64,000 bases of DNA from a virus (lineage: Duplodnaviria; Caudoviricetes). The stretch's first letter is position 1, and each line of letters opens with the position of its first letter. The stretch is from IMG/VR virus record IMGVR_UViG_3300014059_000005, positions 64,001-128,000 of that record, one strand, 5' to 3'. Positions 39,353-47,973 of this stretch are shown in pieces. A model generated the notes under the pieces. It had not been told where the DNA came from and did no database searches. It was given only the letters and a program-made list of their open reading frames with translations. The position numbers were made by a program, and so were the translations under genes.

Positions 39353-40309
39353 TTAGGTGTTCCTGGAGGTACAATTGAAGGCTGCCTTGGCCAGAGAGGC
39401 CAGACCCGCCTTGCCATCGGGGTAGGGTAGGCCCTCGAACTCGGAGATCACGTCGGCTGCCCGTGCCGCCAGACCTGGGGACTCCAGGAGCGCCTTACAG
39501 GCATTGGCCAGGACGATTCTTCGGACTTCTTCCCAGGAAGTGCTCTCCGAGAGCGACCGCAGGATCTCGGAGACCTTGGCCCACTTGAATCGCTGCCAGA
39601 CCAGGGCTCGGGCCACGTCCATCGACACACGCATGGTTTCTGGTTCTTCGATGGCGGCTAGTTGTTCGGAATCGGGCAGTCCCGAGACGCGCTCCAGTTC
39701 CTTGAGGGCGATCCTGGCAGAGCCATTGGCGATCTCGGAGAGTTTCTGGAGGACTTCCTGCTGGATGGGTTTATCCAGTTTGGAAGAAACTCTCTCCAGG
39801 ATCTTGAGCACACTGTGCTGGGTCAGGGTCTGTAGCTTGATCTCGGTGCAACGAGATCGGAGAGTGGCTAGCAATTTGTGGGGATCGGTCGTGGCCAAAA
39901 TGAAGAACACATGGGACGGAGGTTCTTCCGTGGTCTTGAGGAGTGATTGCTGGGCGTCTCGGGTCAGAGAAGCTACCTCGTCCAGGTAGTATATCTTGCA
40001 GGTGCCACCCCAGGGCTTGTGATCCAGGGTCTTCTGGATCGCCCGGATGGTATCGATTCCACGAGAGGAGGCGGCGTTGATCTCCTTGAAGTTCCGTCCC
40101 TGGCACCCCAGAGACTGGGCGACGATCCGAGCCATAGTGGTCTTGCCGACCCCCGAGGGTCCGATCAGCAGAGAGACCTGGGGGAAACGATTGGCTTCCA
40201 GCATCTCGGAGATGGATTTGACGGCAGCATCCTGTCCGATGATATTGGATAGTTTACGGGGGCGGAATGTAGTATGGAACTCGACGATCTGTCCTTGAGT
40301 GTCATCCAT
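39353..40309 (-). CDS. Clamp loader (DnaX/RFC-like AAA+ ATPase)
   Basis: 'RP.....IIGQ', 'GPSGVGKTT.AR', 'EINAAS.RGID', 'LDEV', 'LLK..EEPP', 'T.SRC'. Confidence 0.9.
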   Translation of the reverse strand: MDDTQGQIVEFHTTFRPRKLSNIIGQDAAVKSISEMLEANRFPQVSLLIGPSGVGKTTMARIVAQSLGCQGRNFKEINAASSRGIDTIRAIQKTLDHKPWGGTCKIYYLDEVASLTRDAQQSLLKTTEEPPSHVFFILATTDPHKLLATLRSRCTEIKLQTLTQHSVLKILERVSSKLDKPIQQEVLQKLSEIANGSARIALKELERVSGLPDSEQLAAIEEPETMRVSMDVARALVWQRFKWAKVSEILRSLSESTSWEEVRRIVLANACKALLESPGLAARAADVISEFEGLPYPDGKAGLASLAKAAFNCTSRNT

Positions 40310-40336
40310 TTGGCTATCTCCAGACGGGTCACAACG

Positions 40337-41011
40337 TCATACAGCAACTTTTGTGGGTTTGGATACACGCTGGCCGCAGCCCATTTCCTCTCTGAGCTTC
40401 TTGCGTGCATTGTCCAGCAATGTTCGCACGTTGTAGTATCCAAGACCCATCGCGAGTGCGGCCTCCTGGTAGGTCATCCCTTGTAAATAGCACAACTGAA
40501 CTGCTCTCAGTTGCTGTGCCGTCAGGCATCGTTTTGCGATGGAAAGAACCCAGGTGTACTCCTCATCCTGGTCCAGGTGTGGTGTCTCGGTGTAGTGTGG
40601 GTGCTGGGCGTCCGGAGGCATTGGCTCGATCTGGGTTCTCATGCGTGCCTGCCGCTTCTCCTCACCTTTTATGTTGTAGGGGAGGCGTATCACCCCCCTG
40701 ACCCGCACCAGTTCACGCCACACCTTCTGACGGATCCAGTCGCTGGCGTAACTTGCGAATGTTCCCAGCGAGGGATCCCACGACTCCGCAGCCCGGAGCA
40801 GTCCCAGAAATGCTGCTTGCCGTAGATCCTCGAATAGATCCTGGTCGTGGCGGACAGCATTCTTTGCGTACCTCGATACTCCCCATGCGGCCAGCCGCTG
40901 GTTCTCCTCGACGAGTTTGTTCCGCTCCTCAGTTGACCTCACGGACCTCCTCTCATGTGGGTCCTGGGCCACTTCTTCCAGGCGGGCCATCGCATCATGC
41001 AGTGCTGACAT
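40337..41011 (-). CDS. Sigma factor 2
   Basis: 'RNKLVEEN.RL', 'EDL.Q....GLLRA.E.WDP..G.F.SYA..WIR'; region-4 HTH. Confidence 0.88.
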   Translation of the reverse strand: MSALHDAMARLEEVAQDPHERRSVRSTEERNKLVEENQRLAAWGVSRYAKNAVRHDQDLFEDLRQAAFLGLLRAAESWDPSLGTFASYASDWIRQKVWRELVRVRGVIRLPYNIKGEEKRQARMRTQIEPMPPDAQHPHYTETPHLDQDEEYTWVLSIAKRCLTAQQLRAVQLCYLQGMTYQEAALAMGLGYYNVRTLLDNARKKLREEMGCGQRVSKPTKVAV

Positions 41012-41507
41012 CGGATGTCTCTTCCGACTTCGGTAGCCAGACCGATCCCCGGTTCACTCTGGGTATCCCCAATGGCCAGCTGTAGGACACCGTCTCCATG
41101 TAGTTCGGGGTCGCCTTGTTCCTGGCGATCAGGAGCCACAGCGACAGATGGATGATCGTTTCCTGAGTAGGTGCCATGAAGACTTCCAGCACCTGGATGT
41201 CCTCACATCCAGGGCCGAATCTGGTCATGCTGGCGTAGGAGATCCCGGCCTTCCCTCCATCCCAGGATTCGTGGAGGACCACGCGGATTGCTCGCTTCTG
41301 GGCTGGGCACCAGGCTGAGAAGATCGGATCGCCGTCTCGTAATGGCGTACCATCCACGGCGATGGTGTTGAGCCAGGGATAGACCCAGGTGTCTTCCTGG
41401 CAAACGGAAACCGACTCCACGTCCTTCCAGAGATCGACGAGTAGATTCTCGGCTTGCTGGTATTCATTTGCATCGGTCAGGAAATTCGGGAATAGCAAGG
41501 CATCCAT
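40995..41507 (-). CDS. Hypothetical protein
   Basis: ORF in operon; 'W..PWL...DG..DG.PIFSA' motif. Confidence 0.5.
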   Translation of the reverse strand: MDALLFPNFLTDANEYQQAENLLVDLWKDVESVSVCQEDTWVYPWLNTIAVDGTPLRDGDPIFSAWCPAQKRAIRVVLHESWDGGKAGISYASMTRFGPGCEDIQVLEVFMAPTQETIIHLSLWLLIARNKATPNYMETVSYSWPLGIPRVNRGSVWLPKSEETSDVSTA

Positions 41508-41513
41508 ATCTTT

Positions 41514-41762
41514 CTACTTCACCTCTTCGTAGACCTCGGTAAAGACACTCTGCCTGACTGCCGACAGACATTCTGGGCGGTAGATGTCCTTGGGATGGTA
41601 CAGGATCAGTGCCTCGTACTCATCAGGACAGATGGCGTATCCGTGAATCCGGACCACATCCAGGACACTCCCAGCCGGAATCCGCTTCCTCCATAGAGTG
41701 TTGGTATCGGGCCTGGGGACCGGATCGAACGCAGTCTCTCGCAGTGGGATATCGTTGCTCAT
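41514..41762 (-). CDS. Hypothetical protein
   Basis: ATGA-coupled ORF. Confidence 0.5.
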   Translation of the reverse strand: MSNDIPLRETAFDPVPRPDTNTLWRKRIPAGSVLDVVRIHGYAICPDEYEALILYHPKDIYRPECLSAVRQSVFTEVYEEVK

Positions 41763-42037
41763 TTCTTTCCTTTCTTGGGTTCTGGGGATTCCTCGAACAT
41801 CTCGAACTGTTCCAGGAACTCTTTCTGAGTGATAACCCAGCGCAGGGCGGAATCTGGACGGTTGAGCCAGCGAGTATGGAATACCACCAGGGGCTCCAGA
41901 TCGGACTCTCTCAGAGCAAGTTCACAGATGCGGTAGACCTTACTACAGACATTACCATCTCTGGATTTCTCCCTCCAGAGCCTACCTCTGGGAATCTGAT
42001 TCTGGAGATTCAGAAGTTCTTCTACGGTTTCTGGCAT
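41759..42037 (-). CDS. Hypothetical protein (DUF1653-like 'LE..VV......W.....F' pattern)
   Basis: AGGA RBS; weak motif resemblance. Confidence 0.4.
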   Translation of the reverse strand: MPETVEELLNLQNQIPRGRLWREKSRDGNVCSKVYRICELALRESDLEPLVVFHTRWLNRPDSALRWVITQKEFLEQFEMFEESPEPKKGKK

Positions 42038-42219
42038 GGATTCCTAGCCTGTTGTTTTCTCAGGATTACCCGGAAGCCCAAGTAGTTGAACCTGTACAAC
42101 GATACGACCCTATGGCGGTCCGCCGACCGGCAATATTGGCCGAAGTTGAACCAGCTGCCGCCTCGGAGCACCCGATCAGAGCCTTGAATAATCGGCTTCG
42201 GTCTAGCAATCAGGATCAT
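42022..42219 (-). CDS. Mini-cassette C17
   Basis: MILIARPKPIIQGSDRVLRGGSWFNFGQYCRSADRHRVVSLYRFNYLGFRVILRK. Confidence 0.85.
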   Translation of the reverse strand: MILIARPKPIIQGSDRVLRGGSWFNFGQYCRSADRHRVVSLYRFNYLGFRVILRKQQARNPCQKP

Positions 42220-42392
42220 GTCGTTCTCTTACGAAGGACAAGTCTCAATCCCACAAGGACAGATACTCCATCAGGCACAAACCAGCAACGGTACGCCGAA
42301 CGGGTCCAATCTTCGTTTGATGGGCGGCTACCGCCTCGGAGTATGGGCTCGACTCCCTGTAAGATCGGTTTGGGCTTTGTTATCAGGATCAT
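42216..42392 (-). CDS. Mini-cassette C18
   Basis: MILITKPKPILQGVEPILRGGSRPSNEDWTRSAYRCWFVPDGVSVLVGLRLVLRKRTT. Confidence 0.8.
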   Translation of the reverse strand: MILITKPKPILQGVEPILRGGSRPSNEDWTRSAYRCWFVPDGVSVLVGLRLVLRKRTT

Positions 42393-42565
42393 GATACTTT
42401 CTTTTTGAGGATTACTCGAAATCCCAGATCGCAGGACGAGGGCAGTGGCTCGTTCCCGTAGCGGAGCGATGACCGGTAACTCAGAACGAAGTCGTACCAA
42501 CTACTGCCCCGGATCACCCAGAGGGAGCCTGAGATGATCGGTCTAGGTCTGGCAATGAGGATCAT
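42389..42565 (-). CDS. Mini-cassette C19
   Basis: MILIARPRPIISGSLWVIRGSSWYDFVLSYRSSLRYGNEPLPSSCDLGFRVILKKKVS. Confidence 0.85.
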   Translation of the reverse strand: MILIARPRPIISGSLWVIRGSSWYDFVLSYRSSLRYGNEPLPSSCDLGFRVILKKKVS

Positions 42566-42744
42566 GGTGTTCTCTTGCGGAGAATGATGCGGAGGCCCAG
42601 GAAGAAGCCCGGGCCTGTCGGATCATACCCATAGCGGTCCGCCGATCGGCAGAACCGGCTGTACCCGTACCAGCTACCGCCCCGGAACACTCGGGACAGA
42701 TTTTCTGACCCGATCATCTTGTTGATATTGGATATCGTAATCAT
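42562..42744 (-). CDS. Mini-cassette C20
   Basis: ...SRVFRGGSWYGYSRFCRSADRYGYDPTGPGFFLGLRIILRKRTP (different leader). Confidence 0.8.
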   Translation of the reverse strand: MITISNINKMIGSENLSRVFRGGSWYGYSRFCRSADRYGYDPTGPGFFLGLRIILRKRTP

Positions 42745-42754
42745 GTCTATCTTC

Positions 42755-43291
42755 CTAGATATCGGCTGGGGTCAAGCCCAGAGAAGCAATCATTTGGGAT
42801 AATTTCTTGCTGGCTTTCCCTGAATAGTATTTGCTCTGGTGGGTGGTAGTTCCCAGAGCCACGGCGGTGTCCTCACAAGTCATTCCCGATTCATATCGCA
42901 ACTGGATTACTTCACGCTCGCGATCGGTCAGTGACCCCAGCAGAGTTCGGTAGATTTCCACTATCCAGCATTGCCTGAATGGATCGATGGCCGTATCGGG
43001 AATCAGTAGCAAAGGAGCAGGTCCATCGATTGCTGCCCGATCTCCTGGACGGATAGATCCCATAAGATTGGAAATCTTCCAGGCTTCCCTCTGGATTGCC
43101 CGTAATACCGATGGCCAGGCATAGTTGCGAAATTGCATACCCAGACCAGGGCGATAGGCCAGGGTGCATCTCCACAAGGACATCCTGCCGGCCTGCTGAA
43201 GGTCTTCCAGAGGGCATCGGCGAAAGTTGCGATGGACTCTGGAAGCGATCCGAATCGGGATCCAGGCGTGCTCACGATAGAGACTTTCCAA
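42755..43291 (-). CDS. Sigma factor 3 (start uncertain)
   Basis: 'EDLQQAG..SLW.C...Y.P..G..F.NYA'; 'LTDREREVI.LRY..G.T....A..LG'. Confidence 0.8.
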   Translation of the reverse strand: MESLYREHAWIPIRIASRVHRNFRRCPLEDLQQAGRMSLWRCTLAYRPGLGMQFRNYAWPSVLRAIQREAWKISNLMGSIRPGDRAAIDGPAPLLLIPDTAIDPFRQCWIVEIYRTLLGSLTDREREVIQLRYESGMTCEDTAVALGTTTHQSKYYSGKASKKLSQMIASLGLTPADI

Positions 43292-43317
43292 TTGATCTCT
43301 ATCTAGTAGACCATTAC

Positions 43318-43911
43318 CTAGCGGACCACCGCATGGGTCAGGCCGGTTTGATTCTGGTACTTGCCTGCTTTGTCCGCATAGCTCACCCGGCACATCGAAT
43401 CCCCTCGCAAGAACAGAGCCTGGAGGATTCCCTCGTTCGCATAGACCCGGACTGGCATGGGTCCGGAGTTGGAGATTTCCAGAGTGACCTTGCCACGCCA
43501 CTCCGGCTCCAGAGGCGTGACGTTGACGATGATCCCACACCGTGCGTAGGTGCTCTTCCCCAGGCAGATCGCGATGATGTCCCGGGGGATTTCCAGATAC
43601 TCCAGGGTCTCTCCCAGGACGAAGGAGTGGGGCCTGATGATCACGCTGTCCCCCTCGTATTCCTCCCAGAGTTCGGGATCGTGGACCTTGGGATCCAGTA
43701 TCTTGTTTCGGTGTTCTGGGGGCAAATCCTCGAAGTCCTTGAGAATCCTGAACTTGCGCCCCAGTCGCAGGTCATACCCGTAGCTCGACACACCGTAGGA
43801 GATAAGACCCTGACCACTAACCGGATGGGACCAGGGAGCGATACGAACCTCACGGGCAATCTGGTGATCAGCAAGGGCCATGTTACTCTCCAATCTTGGA
43901 AAAGAGATCAC
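43318..43911 (-). CDS. dcd: dCTP deaminase
   Basis: 'ISYG.SSYGYD.R', 'GKSTYARCGIIVNVTPLEPEW.G..TLE.SN', 'SY.DK.GKYQ.Q.G'. Confidence 0.95.
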   Translation of the reverse strand: MISFPRLESNMALADHQIAREVRIAPWSHPVSGQGLISYGVSSYGYDLRLGRKFRILKDFEDLPPEHRNKILDPKVHDPELWEEYEGDSVIIRPHSFVLGETLEYLEIPRDIIAICLGKSTYARCGIIVNVTPLEPEWRGKVTLEISNSGPMPVRVYANEGILQALFLRGDSMCRVSYADKAGKYQNQTGLTHAVVR

Positions 43912-44096
43912 TGAGGTTGAATTGGATGTTTCTTTCTGAGGGCAATCCGGAAGCCCAGGTTGTAGAACCGAACTGTCGGCTCGAACCTGTTGCGGTTCGC
44001 CGACCGACAGCGTCCACCATAGAAGATCCAGCCGCCGCCCCGGTACACCCGGTCGGTGCCCCGGTTGATAGGTCTAGGTCTAGCGATGAGGATCAT
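43908..44096 (-). CDS. Mini-cassette C21
   Basis: MILIARPRPINRGTDRVYRGGGWIFYGGRCRSANRNRFEPTVRFYNLGFRIALRKK. Confidence 0.85.
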   Translation of the reverse strand: MILIARPRPINRGTDRVYRGGGWIFYGGRCRSANRNRFEPTVRFYNLGFRIALRKKHPIQPQ

Positions 44097-44272
44097 TTCA
44101 ATCTCTTTCTTAGGGCAACCCGGAAGCCCAGATAGTTGTCCCGATTCGACGGCACGAGCCTATCGCGGTACGCCGACCGGCAGTACCAGTTGTCGTAGCT
44201 AGACCAACTGCTGCCCCGGAACATCCGGTAGGAGCCCAAGGTGATAGGTCTAGGTCTAGCGATCAGGATCAT
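44093..44272 (-). CDS. Mini-cassette C22
   Basis: MILIARPRPITLGSYRMFRGSSWSSYDNWYCRSAYRDRLVPSNRDNYLGFRVALRKRLK. Confidence 0.85.
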   Translation of the reverse strand: MILIARPRPITLGSYRMFRGSSWSSYDNWYCRSAYRDRLVPSNRDNYLGFRVALRKRLK

Positions 44273-44445
44273 TTATCTCTCTTTCTCAGGACAACACGGA
44301 AGCCCAGATCGCTGAACCGGAACATCGGACCATTTCTAACGCGGGGCGACAACCGGCAGTACAGGTCGCCGCTGACCCAGCCACCGCCCCGAAACACCCG
44401 GTAGGGGCTCTAAATGATCGGCTTAGGTTTAGCGATCAGGATCAT
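44269..44445 (-). pseudogene. Mini-cassette C23 with TAG at codon 12
   Basis: MILIAKPKPII*SPYRVFRGGGWVSGDLYCRLSPRVRNGPMFRFSDLGFRVVLRKRDK; paralogs often have CAG at this position. Confidence 0.8.
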
Positions 44446-44456
44446 GTGGATTCCTC

Positions 44457-45059
44457 TCAAGCTCCCAGACCGGCCCCGTCATGGTATCGGAACAACCCAC
44501 AGGCAAGCAGTTTGCCCCGTGACGCCTCGATGGTGGCACTGACGGCCTGCGGGGACACCCCCAGCACCTTCGCCGTCTCGATCATGGATCCGGTCCCCGT
44601 CGGGCCGTAGACGGACCACATGATCTGGTACTGGCGTGGGGTCAGGGTGGCCTCGATCCTTTCCCACAACTCTTCCAGTTCGATCTTCGATCCCGGCCTT
44701 TCGTTTGCCAGCAACCACCCCAAAGAGTCCCCCTCGATGCTCTGGCAGCTGAGTCTTCGTATCTGCTCCCGGAGTGACTCCTTGGTGTGCTGCTCCGGGA
44801 TGTGGATGATCGTTCGCAGTACACTCGCCTCCCTGCGGAGACCCCTTTCCATCCAGACGGTGGCATACGTCGAGAAGGCGATTCCCCGCAACGGGTCCCA
44901 CTTCTCGGCCGCACGGATCAGGAGTAGCGTGGCGATCTGCACCAGGTCGTCCATGTCGTTCTCGTCCTGGCAAGCCCACCGCCCGAACCTCTGGGCTGCC
45001 GCGTGGGCCAGTCCCAGGTTCCCCTCGATCAACCTGTTCCGATGCTCGACGTCGCTCAC
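44457..45059 (-). CDS. Sigma factor 4
   Basis: 'RN.LIEGNLGL', 'DDL.Q.....LIRAAEKWDP.RG..FSTYA..W'; region-4 HTH. Confidence 0.88.
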   Translation of the reverse strand: MSDVEHRNRLIEGNLGLAHAAAQRFGRWACQDENDMDDLVQIATLLLIRAAEKWDPLRGIAFSTYATVWMERGLRREASVLRTIIHIPEQHTKESLREQIRRLSCQSIEGDSLGWLLANERPGSKIELEELWERIEATLTPRQYQIMWSVYGPTGTGSMIETAKVLGVSPQAVSATIEASRGKLLACGLFRYHDGAGLGA

Positions 45060-45235
45060 CGCTCCAGCCTCCGCTTCAGAATCAACCGGAAGCCCCGACC
45101 ACTACTCAGATATATCGGGGCAACCAATAGACGACTCGCCGATCGAACATACCGGCTATTGTTGCTCCAGTAACCACCCCGGATCACCTGGTGGGAGCCC
45201 CTGAGAATCGGTTGGGGTCTAGGGATCAGGATCAT
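45056..45235 (-). CDS. Mini-cassette C24
   Basis: MILIPRPQPILRGSHQVIRGGYWSNNSRYVRSASR...GFRLILKRR. Confidence 0.8.
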   Translation of the reverse strand: MILIPRPQPILRGSHQVIRGGYWSNNSRYVRSASRLLVAPIYLSSGRGFRLILKRRLER

Positions 45236-45368
45236 GGTGTTCGCTTTCTCAGGGCCAGTACCCGTCGCGGTAGGCGGACCAGAGGATCCCACCGACCCAG
45301 CCACCCCGGAGCACCCGAGACGAGGCCCCTACAACGACGATGTTTTTCGGTTTAGATATCAGGATCAC
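45232..45368 (-). pseudogene. Truncated mini-cassette C25
   Basis: VILISKPKNIVVVGASSRVLRGGWVGGILWSAYRDGYWP*; the LRKRTP tail is present but out of frame (3' deletion). Confidence 0.65.
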
Positions 45369-45550
45369 GGGACCTTCTTTCTCAGAACCAGCCGGACCCC
45401 GTAGTCGCGGACCCGGAAGTCCGGCTCGATCCAGTTGTGGAAGGCGGACCGGCAATACCTTCCGTAGAGGCAGCTACCGCCCCGGAGCACGCGAGCCGAG
45501 GCCCCGACCAGGGTAACGGTTAGCGGTGATCTGACGATGGTAAACTTCAT
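45365..45550 (-). CDS. Mini-cassette C26
   Basis: ...GASARVLRGGSCLYGRYCRSAFHNWIEPDFRVRDYGVRLVLRKKVP. Confidence 0.8.
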   Translation of the reverse strand: MKFTIVRSPLTVTLVGASARVLRGGSCLYGRYCRSAFHNWIEPDFRVRDYGVRLVLRKKVP

Positions 45551-45864
45551 GGCAACCCCCCGCTATCCCGGCACAGTTCCTCCAGTTCCTCGGGCACGGG
45601 GATGCTGTGTTCGGTCAGCAATCGTAGCACGTCCTGGGGCCGGATCCGGTAGTGGGAGGCGTTGCCCACACGAGTGCCCTTGAGGATCCCACGCTCGATC
45701 CACCTGTGGACCGTGCCGATGGACATGGAGGTCAGGCGGGCCACGTCCCCGGTGGTCAGGTTGTTACCCAGGGGGCGGTTCTTGCCCTTGGGTTTGTACG
45801 TCTTGGGTTTGATCGCCTTGGGCGTGATTGCTTTGGGCGTGGCTGCCTTGGTGTTTTCGCTCAT
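45547..45864 (-). CDS. Excisionase/MerR-like HTH DNA-binding protein
   Basis: 'LTTGDVA.L..MS..TV.RWI..G.LKG.RV.....YRI...D...L'. Confidence 0.8.
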   Translation of the reverse strand: MSENTKAATPKAITPKAIKPKTYKPKGKNRPLGNNLTTGDVARLTSMSIGTVHRWIERGILKGTRVGNASHYRIRPQDVLRLLTEHSIPVPEELEELCRDSGGLP

Positions 45865-47369
45865 GCCGCTAACTTCACCTTCTTCTTGTGGTGCCAGGAC
45901 TGGTCGGGCTCACACAACTCGGCCTCGATCTCCAGGGGTACGATGATCCACTTCCAGTGTTCGGGCAGCTTCTGGGTGATGTAGTACCGGATCTGGTGGA
46001 TCACGTCCTGTACCTCGTCGGGATGACAGTCCAGGATCATGGAGTCGTGGATCTGCCCCACGATCCGGGATCGCATCTTCTTCCTCCGGAGCCAAGACTC
46101 GGTCCAGATCAGGGCCTGGAGCAGACAGTGGAAACTAGACGATTGTACAGGATAGTTCGTAGCGTCGTTGCGGGAGAGCAGTCCACCCTTGCCCCAGCGC
46201 ATGTAGAAGCCGGTGTAGTTATAGAAGCCCTTGTTCTCCAGATAGGCTTCCCACCACTTCTGCTTCCATCTCTTGTAGACCGAGAAGCGGTTCTCCCAGA
46301 AATCATTCTCCACTCTGCGGATATGGTGTTCATAGGTCCCAGGAATCGGTCTGCCCCTGGGATCACAGCGACCCAGTTCGGTGATTCCCAGAGATGCCAG
46401 GTGCTCCTGGAGCAGAGGCCCAGTGGCTTTCTTGCCATCATCTCCGGGCAGTTTGATCCGTAATTGCATCTGGCCCAGGGCTTCCCACAGATGGGGAGCA
46501 CACTGGAAGTAGACAGAGCCATAGAACTGGGGGAAGACGAACTTGTTCTTCGCACAGTAGCGAGACTGATCAGATACTTTTTCTATCGGAATTAGATAAC
46601 ATTCTGCCGCCATATCTCGGTGCATGTCGGACTTTGGGTTATGGAGGTACTCCCCCATCACCGGGTCCTTGTGGTAGCAGTAGGCTATCCGCACCTCGAT
46701 ACCAGAGAGGTCCATCTCCAGGAGTTGGTATCCCGGTCTGGGAACGAAGCAGGACCGCACGATCCCCGCCATCAGAGGATTGCGCACGGGTAAATTTTGG
46801 AAGTTAAGAGATCCTCCAAAGTCTCCTTGGGACTTGTCGCTACCCGAAGAAGATCGGTAGGTAGCCGCTGTATGCAGATTGAAGGTGGGGTGCAGATAGC
46901 CGTCCACCACCTCTCTGCGGATACCCTTCAGGAAGGTTCCCCTGGCCTTCTTCAGGGTGCGGATGTCGGCGTACTTACGGAGAAAGGGTAGGTCGATCTC
47001 CTGGAGTACAGCCTTGTCGGTAGACGCCAGACCTGTCTTCGTGGTTTTCTTGGATTCGTAGCCCAGGGCAGTGAACAGAATGTGTCGTAGTTGCTCTGGA
47101 GAGTCCAGGTTCGTGGACTCTCCATACACACTCTTCCACTGTTTGTAGGTGGTGTCCGATTCTAGATCGGTCATTCCTATCCGGATCTGGGCATCGATAT
47201 CCCCGTCCACCCGCGAGAGGTATTCCTCATCGATACGAATACCGGCATCTTCGACCCTCGACAGGGCCAGCACACCATCATGGAACAGTTGGTAGGCTTC
47301 GGGGAGGGCTGGCTGCAACGCTGCAACTCCTAACGTAACTCCTAACGCAACTACTCCTGACTTGCCCAC
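45861..47369 (-). CDS. Family A DNA polymerase, polymerase domain only
   Basis: 'N.QNLP', motif A 'D.SGIEVR', motif B 'R..AK...F...YG', 'N.PVQ', motif C 'QIHDS'. Confidence 0.92.
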   Translation of the reverse strand: MGKSGVVALGVTLGVAALQPALPEAYQLFHDGVLALSRVEDAGIRIDEEYLSRVDGDIDAQIRIGMTDLESDTTYKQWKSVYGESTNLDSPEQLRHILFTALGYESKKTTKTGLASTDKAVLQEIDLPFLRKYADIRTLKKARGTFLKGIRREVVDGYLHPTFNLHTAATYRSSSGSDKSQGDFGGSLNFQNLPVRNPLMAGIVRSCFVPRPGYQLLEMDLSGIEVRIAYCYHKDPVMGEYLHNPKSDMHRDMAAECYLIPIEKVSDQSRYCAKNKFVFPQFYGSVYFQCAPHLWEALGQMQLRIKLPGDDGKKATGPLLQEHLASLGITELGRCDPRGRPIPGTYEHHIRRVENDFWENRFSVYKRWKQKWWEAYLENKGFYNYTGFYMRWGKGGLLSRNDATNYPVQSSSFHCLLQALIWTESWLRRKKMRSRIVGQIHDSMILDCHPDEVQDVIHQIRYYITQKLPEHWKWIIVPLEIEAELCEPDQSWHHKKKVKLAA

Positions 47370-47386
47370 TCCTGGATCATCTGTTC

Positions 47387-47680
47387 CTAGTGGAGCAACT
47401 CTTCCCGGACCACGTCCATGCTCCTGGGGGCTCGGATCCCCAGTTTCATCCGCTTGGTGGTGTGATAGATCACATCGAGGCGGATCTCGCCATATTCGGT
47501 CTGTATGATAACCATGTCCCGATCATTACACAGGATATCGTGATACCTGGTATTCTTCTCCCTGGTATTCTGCTCCCTGGTGTCATCATCCGAACTCGGG
47601 CACGGCGGTTCCGTCTGGGTGGTAGATGGTGAAGCTCGATTGTCTCTTTGGCTGGTCAAATGCCTCGACTTGCTGCCCAT
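47387..47680 (-). CDS. CsrA/RsmA-like translational regulator (start uncertain)
   Basis: C-terminal 'MKLGIRAPRSMDVVREEL' resembles CsrA 'VRIGI.AP..V.V.REE'. Confidence 0.6.
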   Translation of the reverse strand: MGSKSRHLTSQRDNRASPSTTQTEPPCPSSDDDTREQNTREKNTRYHDILCNDRDMVIIQTEYGEIRLDVIYHTTKRMKLGIRAPRSMDVVREELLH

Positions 47681-47960
47681 GTGGTTCCTCGTCTTCCTGG
47701 GTTTGGTCGCTCTCGCGTTCGTAAGTACGATCGTTGTCTCGTAGGAGCCTGCCAGGGCCGTACAGACGCACCACGGCGTTCTTGCGCAAGAAGGTACGAA
47801 AGTAGTCGTAAGAGGCTCTGGCGTCTGTCTCGTTGACGGAAACGATGGGGATCCTGGTGCCCTTGCGGTAGTCGAAATCGATCTCCACCCGCCACATCGA
47901 ATCCCCGGTATTCTTGTCTGCTGTCGCATTCTTGTCTGCTGGTGTATTCTTTTCTGACAT
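47586..47960 (-). CDS. Hypothetical protein
   Basis: AAGGA RBS; ORF. Confidence 0.5.
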   Translation of the reverse strand: MSEKNTPADKNATADKNTGDSMWRVEIDFDYRKGTRIPIVSVNETDARASYDYFRTFLRKNAVVRLYGPGRLLRDNDRTYERESDQTQEDEEPHGQQVEAFDQPKRQSSFTIYHPDGTAVPEFG

Positions 47961-47973
47961 CGAATTCCTTCCC

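Noticed and set aside
45547-45864. Excisionase-like gene as evidence of a lysogeny module
   Set aside because: No integrase, repressor or att site in the window; this HTH family is often regulatory.
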